Shown in pieces: positions 24,119 through 37,988 of a stretch of 64,000 nt of DNA (position 1 is the first letter of the stretch; each line of letters opens with the position of its first letter). A model generated the notes under the pieces. It was not told where the DNA came from and searched no databases. It worked only from the letters and a program-made list of their open reading frames with translations. The translations under genes were made by a program, and so were the position numbers. The stretch is from contig JAPETS010000004.1 in the NCBI GenBank assembly GCA_026023565.1, positions 248,001 to 312,000 of the forward strand, in the 5' to 3' direction. The DNA is from Cirrosporium novae-zelandiae (Eukaryota).

Positions 24119-25742
24119 AGCTGCTTCTCCGACCGAGAGCGGTTAAGAATATAGGAAAAGATAGAATGAGAGGAGGTAAGTATGCTAGGTTAAGAGAAAG
24201 AATATTGGTTGGAGGGGGGGGGGGCTTTGTGGTCTTCAAGAGCGAAATAAAAGGGAAGTAAAAGTGCACCTAACATTAAATTCTGACGAGACATGGTCAA
24301 TAGCTAATGAGAGGCGTTTCAAGGTTTTTGTTTGGATGGATGTCGGAATTTAGAAAAATATAGAATTCGGTGACCGAAAGAGTCGGGGCGCGGTTTCTTG
24401 TAGCCTTAGCAAATGCACAATTGAAAGCATGATGTAAGTGCGGGGGGTGTATGATTGGTGATGGATTTTCATTGCCTCCAAATGCAGAAAAGAATTTTAT
24501 CTTGTTAATAAATATTTAACTGTGATGATAGATATTATTGAATCCAGATTGAGTACCAAAGTAATACTAAATGTATGTAGGTATGTTGATGGTTAGTGGT
24601 GGTTGGCCATCTTGATATTTGTTTGCCATGTTTGTATCTGCACCCCATATTAGGAATGAAGCACGTGAGAGTACTTGGCACAGAAGGATTTAATTAACTG
24701 GCACAACTGGATACATCTTCGGGGAAACCAATATGCAAAGCCACTTCAAGCTTACCCTGATTCCAAGGTTGATGCTTACTACACATCATAATAAGAAAGT
24801 GGACAGCCCTCGGTCTCTGGAGGCTTGACATCCTTCTCGTCCCCAATGTTACATGTATGACATTCCATGCCATTGAGCGAGGGCGAAAGTGACCCGACAA
24901 GCTCCGGTTTTAAAAAGCTGCAAAGGTATAGTCCAAAGGTATATAGTTAATTATAAAAACAAAGAGCTGACTGCATAGATTTGGATCTTGGCATATGCTG
25001 TGATATGCTTGGTAATAATAAAAACCTTGTACTTTCCAAAATAACCTTAACTTCCAACCCTACGGATCCTTTAGGGGAACTAAATAAAGTACATTAGACT
25101 AGTCTAATTAATTAGTTGGTCTAACTACCTAGGTAGTTAAAGCTGAGCATCCCTAAGGAATCTGACAGCTGTCGTCTATCTAGGGACACCAAATACCTTC
25201 TTGATCATTAACGGCCGCCGCAGTTTGTTGCTAATTACTAACAACCTAGGTACCCAGGCAATTAACAAAGCCCCCTTTTACCACCCTCGCTTATTCCGTT
25301 TGAAAGTGATTCCAATATACCGAGATAGATTAATCTAGAAAGTAGGACGAGATGATATTCTAGCCATCTATTTCGTCATTGCTGGGACCAACTAATTAAT
25401 TAGCTAGTCTATCACTAAATTCCTAGGTAGAGCCTTCTAACTTTGCCTGCCAATCTCATCAAGAAAATCACATCAACTGCTATTGCAGCCGCCGCAAAGA
25501 TTGATCATACCGCTGAACCCTTGCTGAAGAAAACCACCGTTGGCTAGTTAGTGGACATGCCTCTAGAAAATGCAAATATCTAAGATGCAATATATGTTGG
25601 GTCAACCAACATAGATCACAACATCCTGTGTCCTATCCGCCAAGCTCTCCAAGACCATCTACATCCCCAAGTCAATGCATTCATGTCGGATAGAATTGCT
25701 TATAACTATTAGCTTCTATTTCGTATGATCCAAATCGGAAGG

Positions 25743-26795
25743 TTAGTAGACCTTTTGCCACTTCTTCGCCTTTTTGGATCCTTTTTTACCATGATTGTTC
25801 TTGGGCTGAGGAATTTTCTCCGACGCCTTCTCTAACTTCGATTTCTTCTCTAATTCCAATATCTTCTCAAGCTCCTGTTGCCTCTTTAGCTCCTGCTGCG
25901 TCTTTTCAAGCATTTCCCTAGCTTCTGGAGACAAGAGTCTCTTTTGTAGAACTCCTGCGCATGCTGCAAGATTCTTATTGCAGCTTCTTCCTTTAGCTCT
26001 TAATGCAACACTAACCTTATCCAAACCTCGATCTGCAAACATCAAATAAGGACTTGCCCAGATAGCTTCGAGGTTGAGCTCAAGTGGGAGATCACATATA
26101 TTGAGGTAAATAGATAGCTCCTTTAGCTTCGGCATTTCTTCTGCAGCCCTGGTACACACTTCCAACCATTTGCGGTCGTGTGTTTCCTTCCATTTTCGGT
26201 TTGCCAAGTTGCGAGGTTCTCCATAAGTGCTGTGCACAAGGCTCAAGTGGCGAATTGATGATTTGTAGTAAGGTTTGAGCACATTAAGAAATTGGGTAAT
26301 TGATTTAGGAGAATGGAAAGTGAAACATGTCTTCTCATAAAGATACTTGAAGGTTTCTTGGTGCGTTTGATGACAAACAAGTAATAACGAAGCTATAGAG
26401 GTATTCGAAAATATGTTCCTAAGATCGGGAACGCGGTTGCCTTGCTTCACGTATTTGTGTGGCACAGCCTTGAAGTGCTGTACAAGCTGCTTCTGAGACG
26501 AAATGGTGAAATCTGATCGAGGCTGTGAATACCATTGGCGATACTTGGCATATGATTTCTCAGTTTTCGAGTTAATGACTCGGTGTGTGAGATGGTTCTT
26601 GCCATCGAATACGAGAACAAGATGTATGTTATCAAAGACCAGTTCATATATCTTGTTCCGGACCTCTCCAGGTAGAGTGAGGAGGTGACTATCACTGGCT
26701 CCGGATGATTCGGGCATCAAGGCGAGGGATATAACGCTCTTGTGGTTGGGGTTGATGTGCGCAGCATTACTACCGTCAAGTAGGTCGAGAGACAT
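25743..26795 (-). CDS. DUF7730-like protein with an F-box-like N-terminal motif
   Basis: LLTLPGEVRNKIYELVF, LLLVCHQTHQETFKYLY, IRHLSL; Lys-rich C-terminus; first in-frame ATG at 26795. Confidence 0.7.
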   Translation of the reverse strand: MSLDLLDGSNAAHINPNHKSVISLALMPESSGASDSHLLTLPGEVRNKIYELVFDNIHLVLVFDGKNHLTHRVINSKTEKSYAKYRQWYSQPRSDFTISSQKQLVQHFKAVPHKYVKQGNRVPDLRNIFSNTSIASLLLVCHQTHQETFKYLYEKTCFTFHSPKSITQFLNVLKPYYKSSIRHLSLVHSTYGEPRNLANRKWKETHDRKWLEVCTRAAEEMPKLKELSIYLNICDLPLELNLEAIWASPYLMFADRGLDKVSVALRAKGRSCNKNLAACAGVLQKRLLSPEAREMLEKTQQELKRQQELEKILELEKKSKLEKASEKIPQPKNNHGKKGSKKAKKWQKVY

Positions 26796-27618
26796 GGCTA
26801 GTAGGAAGGCTAAAGGACAAATGATGAATAAAGAACAGATCCAACCCAAGATGACCTGGACTGAGGAAGAGGTAGAAGAGGAAAACTGCTGAGAGCTTGG
26901 GATGAAAAAAGTGCAAATAATAAGGTTATTCTTAGTCAAGGTTATGTGGAGGGAAGGTGAGGACAAGTGAGCAAGTGAGCAAGTGAGTAATCGGGCAGTC
27001 AAGCAATCAAGCCGAGCAGGTTGGAACAAGGTTACGGGATTAAACGTGATATCTCGGGATTATGGGCAAGATATGGGTTTCAATTAAATAATCAATAGGA
27101 CGTTCTCGATACTCAGGTAGTGAAGTAGGTGGGAAAATGTGATGGTTAAACGGGCTCTGTAAGTGACTAGAACAAAAGTGATAGAGCCTTGCACAATAAG
27201 AACCTAGCACTTAGTCTTCTGTCACTTCTGAATTCGTACTTGGGATGTTCATCATGGTGTCGTGGAGTGAAGGAGATCTTTAAGGTTAATTGATATCCTA
27301 CAGATATTCTGAATTTCACTTATACTTGGGAGAAGATGCACCACCACCACCACCAGATTAAATCTCGAATAATCAAATGCAAAAGAATAAGGAGAAGAGA
27401 AAAAAAAGAAAACGAAAAAGAAAAAATACGGTGAGACGGTTACATCTAAAAAATCCAAAACGACCATCAAGTTGCCATCAAGTTGCCATCAATGAAGTTG
27501 ATAATCAAAGCGCTAAACCTGAATTGAGCGCCTCACTATTTTTTTTGAAAGCTCTCGTTGGTCGTCACGGGATCAGCTATCCCCCCGAAGCTGCAACTCC
27601 CCTCCTCCAATTTTCATC

Positions 27619-28615
27619 ATGACTCTTGTTCAGCCTCTCAGACATTTCCTACACAGATCCTCTCGGCTTCTCTCTCAATCCCATTCAATCCATAGCTATC
27701 CAAAGCCGTTTACCTATTTCCGACCGACTCAGCATTCAAGAACTTACTTCCGCCCTCTCCAGCAATATCGCTCCTACGCTTCTAGGCGAAATCCAGCCCA
27801 ATCCCCTCTAAAAGTCTGGCCGTTCGTCTTCATCATCGCCCTCGGATCCACCTCGTTTATCCTTCTTCTAAAATCTCGAGCTGGTAATCCCTGATTCCTA
27901 CTTCTTCCCTCCACCCTGGGCTGATCATCCTCCTCTCGTCCCAGAGCCAATACCTGCCATCGAACCCTCCAACTCTCAACCTAAAATGTCCTCTAAATCT
28001 TCCACCGTCTTCGACCCTCAACATGTCTCCGTGATCTTTGTGCTTGGCGGTCCCGGCGCTGGAAAAGGTACCCAGTGCGCTAACCTCGTCCGAGACTATG
28101 GTTTCACCCATTTGTCCGCCGGTGACCTTCTCCGTGAGGAGCAGGAGCGCCCTGGAAGTCAATTCGGAGAGCTTATCAAAGATTATATTCGCAACGGAAA
28201 GATTGTTCCCATGGAAGTGACGGTCAAACTGTTAGAGAATTGCATTGCTTCTACTATTGAAGGGAAAGAGGGAGGCAGGTTTCTTATTGATGGATTCCCG
28301 AGAAAGATGGATCAGGCAGATTTTTTTGAAGAGAATGTATGCCCCAGTAAATTTGTGTTGTTCTTTGATTGCCCACCGGAGGTGTTGGAAAAACGGCTAC
28401 TGGAGAGAGGGAAGACGTCTGGCCGTTCAGACGATAATAAAGAGAGTATCCAAAAGAGATTTAAGACGTTTGTGGAGACCAGCATGCCGGTGGTGAATAA
28501 GTTCGATAAGGCTACAAAGGTAGTCAAAGTAACCGCAGATAGGAGCATGGAGGAAGTATATGAAGAAGTTAAGAAGAAGCTAGCAGAGAGGGGCTTTTAT
28601 CCTACTAAGAACTGA
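27619..28615 (+). CDS. URA6: UMP/CMP (uridylate) kinase, with an optional N-terminal targeting exon
   Basis: VIFVLGGPGAGKGTQC, HLSAGDLLREE, LIDGFPR, GRSDDN. Exon 27619-27883 splices (GTAATC...CAG 27944) in frame to the kinase ATG at 27986. Confidence 0.92.
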
Positions 28616-28904
28616 TGATGTATCATGAATTGGGGGAAATATACTTAAAGACGGGGTTATCTCCAAGGGTATAGATTTGAAATGTCTCCTTTGGCCCTGG
28701 GAAGATTGATAAAAATACAAAGGGAGGGCCATGTTTTCATGGACTTAGAGAGAGCACCATGAGGATTGTCATTGTCATTGTCATATTTTGATCTATCCTA
28801 GCCGAGGAAATCGAGATCCTCTAGCCTATCAATCATCAGCCAGAGCGGCTGTTGCATTCATAACCTACATAAAAACGCCCGATGCCACCAATCCTTTTTC
28901 CTTC

Positions 28905-30294
28905 CTATTCAAGTCCCATGTCCATCTCTCTATTCACTCTCCTACCTCCCGAACCTGCGCCCCCCAACTTCCCCTCTATCTCTCTAGTTTCTCTTTCCTT
29001 TTCCCTCATCATCTTTTCTCTTTCACTTCGAATTAGTTTCAGTACTCCTTGCAGGCTGTCTCTCCAGATGCCCAACCGTCCCTGCACTTCTTGCCATTGC
29101 TTTTCCCCGAACACCCGATATGTCGCACGGTGGATGAGGAAAGTTTGGTTCATTTGGCTGAGCTTGCCCTCTACTAATCCCGCACGTATCACATCAATCA
29201 CCCACATCTCCACCTCCGAAGCTGGAATTTGAAGTTCACGCGTGATATGATCATAAGGAAGAGAACGGGATTGCGTAGACGCTGCAAGAGAGGCGAGAGT
29301 AAGCAGACGCATCTTGCGCTCAAGAGCGGCTTCGTTTAGACCATGAGATGATACAAAGTCTTGGTGATCGTCTTTGAAGGAATTGTAGTCCACGAGAGTT
29401 TCAGTAGCAAAAAGCTCAAGGAGTTCGAAAAGTACGGAGTCGGATTGGCGCAGTGACTGTATTGCATCGAGCGCGGTGAGATCAGTGAAATCAAAGTGAG
29501 AAGGCGCATTAAGCGCAGCTGTCAAAGCGCGGACAGCAAGCCCTCGAGCATCTTTGGAGGATACCTCATCCGCTGTGAAGGTGCGCAATGCTTTCAAAAG
29601 GTATTTATAGGATTCCTGAGACTCAGAAGCAGCATCTGCAGTCTCCGCGATCTGAAGAAATAGTTTTCGCTGATCTTCTTCATCAGTCTGCCAGGCTGCT
29701 AACCACCCATCTATATTCTTGAGATAGGGTATAAGAAGATCGTAATTAGCAGTATCTTTGAGGAGCGTTAGGATTGCGGAGAACACATGAAAACGGGTTT
29801 CACTCTCTGGGGGTAAGTTGTTGAAGATGGTTGCGAGGATGGAGAGGGCAAGGCCGGGGCCGTTGAGGGGCGACGAAGGTATCGGAGATGAAAGGTTTTT
29901 GCAAATGCGTGGCAGATAGTTATCGGCACTCGGGGACTGGCGGACAAGGTGTACGAGGAGGTTATAAGCAGCTATGAATTCTGTAATGAAAATAGTTAGC
30001 TCTGTCATTCGAAATTTTAGGCGGGGAAGCAAATATATTGTGGATGCGTATAAACCCATGGAGATAGATGTACGGACCCTTCTCAGGAGCAGTACTCAGT
30101 ACTGTGCTAGCAGTAACCAATTTCTTCAAAGCCTCATCTTTCTGGTTTGCCTCCAGCGAGGGCCGAACATCGTTCTGAACTGAAGGAGCTTCTTCATTAT
30201 TGGATTTTTGTACATTGTCAATGTAGACAGCAAGTTCATCGGCCAACTCTTCAAATGAGCCTTCAATCAATAGCGTATTCGCAGGACCCGGCAT
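28905..30294 (-). CDS. eIF3m: Translation initiation factor 3 subunit M (PCI domain)
   Basis: TLLIEGSFEELADELA, RKMRLLTLASLA, VEMWVIDVIRAGLVEGKLSQ; intron 30077-29981. Confidence 0.92.
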
Positions 30295-30797
30295 GGTCGG
30301 TGACTACTGAGGAATCCTTAAAGAAAGAAAAAAAGAGCCAGTGGAATTTATAAGTTAATGTAGAACGGTTCAAGTTGTTAGCCTACTTCTTGATGTTGCT
30401 GGATTTCGAGCCTCTTGGCGGAGCTGATGATCGTTGTGGGTGAACTTTGTGGTTTGGCGAGATTTTTTCTTACTGATTCATTGTCCCTCAGAAAATAACA
30501 CTACAGTAGACTATACACTTTGGAGAAGCCTTCAAACAAAATCAGGTTAAGTATCAAGGTAGGTACTTAATCCAAAGCATACGTTTCTGGTAATGCATTT
30601 CTATTCGTCATTACATACTAAGGAAAAGTTTCTCGTCAAGGGAAATCTCAAGGTTGGGTACATAAGAGATATCTACTACATCCTAAACAAAAAGTATACA
30701 GAAGGCATCTGCAGGGGTATTATTGCTAAAACTGTACCCAGCCAACGTGTTCGTCGATTTCCGGTCAGGGCCAAAACCCAGAACACCTTTTCAGAAA

Positions 30798-33700
30798 TCA
30801 TGCAATCTCTCCTCCATATCCGAGGACTTCCACTATAACATTGCTCACAGTACTGACACCCCACAGGGTAACGAGCCCCCAGCCTATCCTGCGGTCCATC
30901 TTCCAATGATTCAAAGGCACCAATATCAGCAAGCCAATGAGTGTGATCAGAAGAGTGATGCCGCTGATAACTAGAGTTTTGGATATTTCCAATTGATAGG
31001 GCTTGTAACGTATCGGCCGATTTGGATGCTTGTGGTGCTTATGCTTTGCACCTCTTAGTGTCATGTAGAGCCCGCTGCATCCGATACCAAGGAGTATATT
31101 TAACATTGGTCCCCCGAAGCAAGCACTTAGTGCCATTACTGGATACCCAAGCTTAGCAACCGTCATGTCAGCCACCAAATCGCCCAAAGAATTTCCAACA
31201 GCGAATATTGTAAGCCCTAAAATCGCATCACTGATATTTAGAATAATTCCAAAGGCTTTGAGTACCCCAACAACCTCATTTGCAATAGTAGATATCCAGG
31301 TTACGCTAACGACAAAACCAATGAAGCAGAGGGAAGACCGACCAGGTGGAATTTTGGTAGGTGATGTCAAAAGAAGGAGCACTGCTAGCAACGTTAAGGA
31401 TACAACTAGGGAAATTAAGATTGGGAGTAAAAGATGTCGGGGATTGAGTTGTTCATCCGCGTTAGCCCAGACAATGAGGACAACGAAAATAGGAGCAGTA
31501 AAAATTTGAACCGCCACAAGCCATCTATTCCATTCTTTCGGAGATGGAGGTGGCATTTTCGATGGGTATTCCTCAGCATCTAACGTCTGCTGGTTGTCAC
31601 CTTCCGAATGGTCTGGCGTGAGTACAATTCTCATGCCTTGGCCACCGTTTGGCTTAGTTGGCGGGTGGTCAGCACTCGGAAAATCATTTACTGGAAGGAC
31701 TGAATTGTTGGGTTGCTCTCCAATTTGCTCGTTACCAGCTTGACTTTGAGGTGGACTCGTGGAAATCAATATGGGGTTCTCAGGTAGGTCTTGTTGGTGA
31801 CAGGAATGATCGATTTCGGGACCAAGTAAACCAGGATCTGGATCTACTATGTCTGAACCATCATTATCATTGTCACTCTCAACGACCGGTAACGTGAGAA
31901 CCAAGAGGAGAACACTGGGGGCAGCTGCAAGAGCCAGTGTCTTTTCCCAGAAATCTTTGTCGTTCCATGAGTATAATGTAGGGAAAAGAGTAGCGTAAAG
32001 TACACGGGGTGGAGGCAAGAAATTGTAGGGCCACCATTTAGGAAGACGAGGAGGCGAGTCATCGGTCAACGAGCGACCGATGGGTGAAGGTGATGACGGT
32101 CTTGATGGAGATAGGCGAAAACTTGGAGCAACAGATGATAGGACCGCAGATGAAGGTTCATCACTGTACATCGGGAAGGGGGAAGCCATAGGAGTACCTC
32201 CTAGGATATTCGAATGAGAGGTGCAAAGCTTGGGAAGCATTTCAGGGGTAAGTAACCTAGAAGAGTCACCCATCAAATCCTGTTGGCCAGGAGGAGCGAG
32301 ACGAGCGATAGATCCACCCGACATGGACATTCGGTCTGAGCTCGGCTCCCGGGTTCCATAGTCTGATTGAGGGGGAGAGAGAAACGTCGGAGATACTGGA
32401 CGTGAATTGAGAGACCGATTTGAATGGTCCTGCGTCTCATGTACTTCATTATTACTTGGAGACGAGGGACCAAGAAAATCTCGAGCGGTGGTTGTTCGAG
32501 GCCCATCTTCTAGCAATCGCAAATTCTCAGCATCATTTGTTGAGACAGCCCTTGCTCGAAATGCAGACTTAGTCAGATTTCCACCTAAACCGTGAAACGG
32601 ATTCGCACTTTGGGGATATTGAGGATGCTGAGTAGCTGTGGAGATACTTCCGGCACGAGACAACCGTCTGTAGGTTGGATCATCAGAATAACGGCGTAGA
32701 TTGATCGAGTGAATGTTGCGTGACTTATTTAGAGAAGACAGAAGGGCCTGAAACTCAAGAGCACCAACAAGACTAGGTCGAATAGGATTCAATGTGTTCC
32801 GCCTTTCACCAGGTGCTGGTCTATTTATACGCATATTATTTCTTAACTCAGCAAGTCGTCGGCCACGAGTCTCATCATCCTCCTCATCATCGCGGATTTC
32901 TGGGACGTCATTGCGCTCTAGAGCACCGAAGTCCTCGTTGCTAGTCCCGTTAAGTAAACTTCTCTGTTCACCAGCTGTGGGATCATCATCATCCTGGTAA
33001 GGTTCTAGAGTTTCTTGAACTTCGCTTCCGGAAATGTAGAAATTGCTGCGAGCAGCTGTTTGACGTTCATTTCTTCGCCGTCTTTGTCCGGTATACCAGT
33101 GCCAAGAAACAACGAATGTAACATAGAAGGCATAAAACCCCACCATGACTACACATTCCCAGACATAGAGACTACCGTCTGCCAGAAATACCATACTGAA
33201 ACTAGCAGCAACAACAAAAAAACCGACGTCCCTTATGAAACTTTTTCGAGCAACACGGAAAGGGCGGACAATGGCCATGGACCCCGCAACAACCGCAGTT
33301 ATGAAGCCAGCAGCCCCAATCAACTCACCAATAGCCAAACTTCCGCTATTAGTGCTCATAGCAGCAAATGTAGAAAAAACATCGGGGCTACCGTTTCCAA
33401 AGGCGAGAAAGGTCACGCCGGCCATACTTTGGCTCAACCCCAACAGATTAGCAATCGTACTCAAATTGATACAGAAGAAATCGCTGGCAGCAATGCCGAT
33501 GGTGCTAAATAGTAAACAGAGCCATAGTGCCAGGATAATGAATGCGACTGGTTTGGCACCGGCAAGTCTGCAGTAATATAGTTGTAAATATGACAAGAGG
33601 CCCACATCTTCATCAGGACAGTTAGAGTGGATAAAAGCACATTGATCGATCGCGTTATGAACAAGCCGACACTGTTAAGAAATGAAGCAAGTTAGTCTAG

Positions 33701-33947
33701 CTCCTATGAAAGTAGTAGTATTGGAGGGCCGAACTTCGAGAATCTCCTTGCCACCTGACGCTTGAATGTCTTCCAATTGTGGTTGCGGAAAAGCTTGTGA
33801 CCTGCGAAAAAGTGCAGGAGTCGTGGCTGTAGATTGGGATCGGCCGTTTGATAGAATGCTCAACGCTGCGAAGAAGGTAAGGAGGAGAAACGGAAGATAA
33901 AAGCGATATTTCGATATGTGCACGGTGCGGGCGGATGGACGAGACAT
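30798..33947 (-). CDS. Cation/calcium exchanger (CCX; Na/Ca exchanger superfamily)
   Basis: Alpha repeats GVTFLAFGNGSPD and GLTIFAVGNSLGD...ACFGGPMLN; large central loop; intron 33734-33672. Confidence 0.9.
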
Positions 33948-34562
33948 GATGAGCCAACCATGATCGGAGTCCGAGATTTGATGTGACGGAGTCTGTCCCG
34001 CGCAATTTTTTTTAATTTCGGAGCTGGGTTAAGTATCGTGAGTATGTACAAAAGTATCAGTCAGAAATGGATGGAGTACTAGAAGGTAACCTGAGTTCCC
34101 AATCAAGGCGCCGAATGAACAAGTCCTAGGGACTTATACGTTGTATGAATAATTATTGGAATGGTTCTCATTGAAGATTACTGTGGTAATAGGGTATATA
34201 ATTACTTATACTGTGTAATAAAATTCCGATGAAGAATCATGGAAATCTGCGCAACAAGCTATGGGCAACGATGAAGTCCATGACGTTGGCAATGATATAG
34301 CGCCACAATCAAGTTTCATCCTGGTTGGTGGTTGGTGGTTGGTGGTTGGTTGGTGCCCGACAAGCCTCGCTTGAGGCTACAAACCCTGGATTCCTTAGAA
34401 TACAGGTGTTGAGATATTTGTCATCCGCTTTTTGGATTTTCCGGTTGTTGACGCGACCGTTGGCAGAAAATAAACATGATAGGGAGATTCAATGCGGAAA
34501 CCCTTATGTGCCGCCATCTTATATTTACTTAATACTATAAGGAGTATTGTTGATTAAGTACC

Positions 34563-37328
34563 ATGCCTAGAGTTGCTCATCCTCGTTCCGAGGCTATTGC
34601 CTCTTCGAAACAGAAGATGACCGCAACCCCTCATAAGCAGACTCCGATTAAGTAGGAGCTCCTACAGCTTGAATGAAATACAATTATTCTAATGTACTGA
34701 TTATGCAGGATACCACTTAATGATGACCAACAAGAAAAGGCAAAGCGACTTCAATCGCGGCAGGCTCTTCATGATCGCCAGATCAATCAACTGAAGGCTG
34801 CTGCTTCACCCAGGAGAAGACTGAACAGCCATAGCCGTGCCGGAAGCACTAGCCCAGAGACGCCCAGGGGAGGGCCTAGCAATGGAAATGAGAATGATTT
34901 TGAAGGAGGATTGTCTGTCATGGGAAGCGCCGTGACGCCCATGAAAAGAGTACCAATTTTGGCCAATTTTGAGGAATGGATGAAAATGGCTACGGACAAC
35001 AAGATCAATGCTGCGAACTCCTGGAATTTTGCCCTCATCGATTATTTCCATGACATGTCACTTCTTAAAGAAGGTGATGGGGTTAATTTTCAGAAAGCTA
35101 GTTGCACACTTGATGGATGCGTTAAAATTTATACAAGCAGAGTTGATAGTGTGGCTACTGATACCGGAAAACTTTTGAGTGGCCTTGCAGACAGCGGTAA
35201 TAAAAGAGCTAGAGAAGAAGATAGAGATGTCGGAGAAGATGATGAGGACGGAGAAGAAGGCGAAGATGGGACACAGAAGAAGAGAAAGAAGGTATTCTTT
35301 CTTCCATGTTGCTAGCTCAGAGGATATGATATTAATTACTATCGCAGGCGCAGAGGTCTTCTGAAGCTACGCTCGCCCCTTCCTTTGGAGCACTACAACT
35401 AAAGAAATTTGAGTTAGAATTTTCGGTCGACCCGTTATTTAAGAAGGCATCTGCAGATTTTGATGAAGGAGGAGCAAAAGGACTACTTCTGAACCATTTA
35501 GCCATTGATGGTAAAGGTAGGATAGTTTTCGATAGTAGTGATGACGCGGTAGATACGTCGGCCGAAAAAGACTTGACAAGGAGGAAGAGTGAAGCTATCA
35601 CGGAAGACGAGGAGTTGCAAGAGCCCCAGGAGCCCAGCGCGGTCCCCGTGGGAGAAGAAGACGAGGAAGCAGAAGACGGCTCGAAGAGTGAAGAGCAACC
35701 GGATATTGATTTGTCTGCTTTAGCAGATGTATTCTTTCCAGATCTAAGCCGTCTTGAAGATCAGGATATTTGTCCTTCTCTCAAAAATCTTGAAATTGGT
35801 GATGCATCAGGGTCTCTTGATGTTCCATTCCTCAAAGCCCCAGAGGACTGGAGGCAGGACAAAGCCAATGAAAATGGAACTGGGATAGGTGATCAAACTG
35901 GAATAATGCTAGACGATGACAATGCGGCTGGCTTTGATGACGACGATGGCTTTTCGGGGGGGTTTGACCTACCTGCGGATACTGCGTTTGGAGAAGGAGG
36001 TGAAGCCTGGGCGAAAGAAGCAGCCATGGAACCTCAATTGCGAGTTCATGATGCCGGCTTTGGAGACGGAGACCAGGATGCAGGAAACGACGGCGACGAT
36101 TTGGGGGTTGGTGGATTTGATTCTAAAGACGATGCCTATACTGTTTCACTCAACCACGAACGAAATCAAGCCTCGCACGATGATATACTGAGCTACTTCG
36201 ATAATGCACTCCAAAAGAATTGGGCTGGCCCCGAACACTGGCGTATTCGACGTATTAAAGATTCGGCCAAACCCTCCACTACACCCGCATCAAAGCCGCG
36301 GAAGGAAAAGGAGCCCTTTGAAATTGACTTTATGTCGCCCATGACTCAAGCAATGGCAGATACTATATATTTATCTGCATCCTCCAATTCTGCTATCACT
36401 CTTCCAAAAACACAATGGAAATCCAAGACTCGTAACCTGCTTCCAGACGACAAACACTTTAATTCTCGGCAACTCCTCCGGCTATTTTTGAAGCCTAAGG
36501 CGCGCATGGGATCACGACGTTTTGCTCGCAAGACTGGATTCCAAACTAACCCTAAGCGGCCGGATGATATACCCGAAGGAGAAATTGATGAAAATTTCTG
36601 GGCCAACAACGGCGCTCCCAATCCAGTTGATGGAGAAACCGGCCTCGACGATGGAGGCCAGCAAGGGAACTACGATGCAAACTTTTTCGCTGATGATCCC
36701 TTGGCATTCCCTGGTGGACTTCCATCAGACGTAGATGATGATGAGTTTGCAGATGCAAGAGACCACTTCTCCCCACCCCCTGAGGGTGGGATGGGTGACA
36801 ATAACCCCAACGGGATAGACGCCATGCTTGCAAATGGAGGAAGCCAGGAGCCAGTAGGCCCCTTTGGTTCACAGCTTGTTACCCAGAGTCGACGGTTGCG
36901 GCCCGAGTATGTGCAGTATGCGCGTGTGGCAAAGAAAGTAGATGTCAGGAGACTGAAAGAAGAGTTATGGAGGGGGACTGGATATGAAGAGCTCATGGTG
37001 AGTTTCCACGCCAAAGTATCCCCTGGACTTGTTCACTGCTAACCTCTCCATTTCTTAGAAACCACCTCTGCTCTCCCCGTCAGCTACACCAGCCAAGCAA
37101 CCGGAGCCAAATCCCGACCAGAAGCCTCTCAAATTCACAAGCCTCATCAACAGTCTGCAGCGCGTATATCCTCCGCAAACGATGGCCGATATTTCAACGT
37201 CGTATTGCTTTATTTGCTTGTTACATCTAGCAAACGAGAAAGGCTTGACGATTGAGAAGGAGGAAGGCCTTCAAGAATTAACTATATGGAGGGATCCTGG
37301 AGCAGAGATCCATGGCGAAGGGGAATGA
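34563..37328 (+). CDS. BRN1: Condensin kleisin subunit (Barren/Cnd2)
   Basis: KINAANSWNFALID, NFQKASCTLDGCVKIYTSRVD, DPLFKKASADFDEGG, WAGPEHW, YARVAKKVDV, CLLHLANEKGL; three introns. Confidence 0.95.
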
Positions 37329-37988
37329 ACGAGTCACACCTTATTTGTACCGTGTTGATATTTTGTATATTCCCTTTAATACGGGATGATAGACCTCGAG
37401 GGGATAAACAAGGAATGGGAGACTCTAGCATTAGAATTAGGAAACAAGGGGTCCCCCGTTATGCAGAAAGAAATGACAGCGTACATGGGTTCATGAATAT
37501 ACTTACTCTAAGGATTTGAGAGAGATTGATGAAGGGCTTGCTAGGGATTAAAGCCGAGAAATATAGGCCGGGGAACGAAGAAGAGGGAAGAGATGTGAGG
37601 AGTTTAGATAATGCCGAGTCGTGTGTACTGAATAGGTTGCTCTGTTTGATGACAATAGATTCCTTAGGAGACCTCCAGGCAAATTGAGTGACAAACTGAC
37701 CCGGTTGAAAGCTAAATACAAATGGCCTGGTATTGCATCACGTTCTTCCTAACCCGCTTAACTTGCTGTACAATTAATGATCAAATTTTCTATTCTACGA
37801 GAGTCCACATCTACCAATTTACAAAAGGCGATAATAGAAGCCATCTTCGCGCTAACATTGATCATAACGCTCCAACGTCAGCTCACTTCATCCGTTCACG
37901 AATTGAACCAACGGTGGTTTCTTATACACAGAGGGCTCTTTCAACCCCCCCGGTCATTGGCAACCTGAATAGAATTCATCTTTCCCAG

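Noticed and set aside
26796..27029. Non-ATG N-terminal extension of the DUF7730-like ORF
   Set aside because: Runs through a tandem repeat and pyrimidine-rich leader; no ATG or other support.
36546..36555. CTAACCCTAA, a perfect telomerase-template or telomere-like word
   Set aside because: Single copy within the BRN1 coding exon (codons T-N-P-K).
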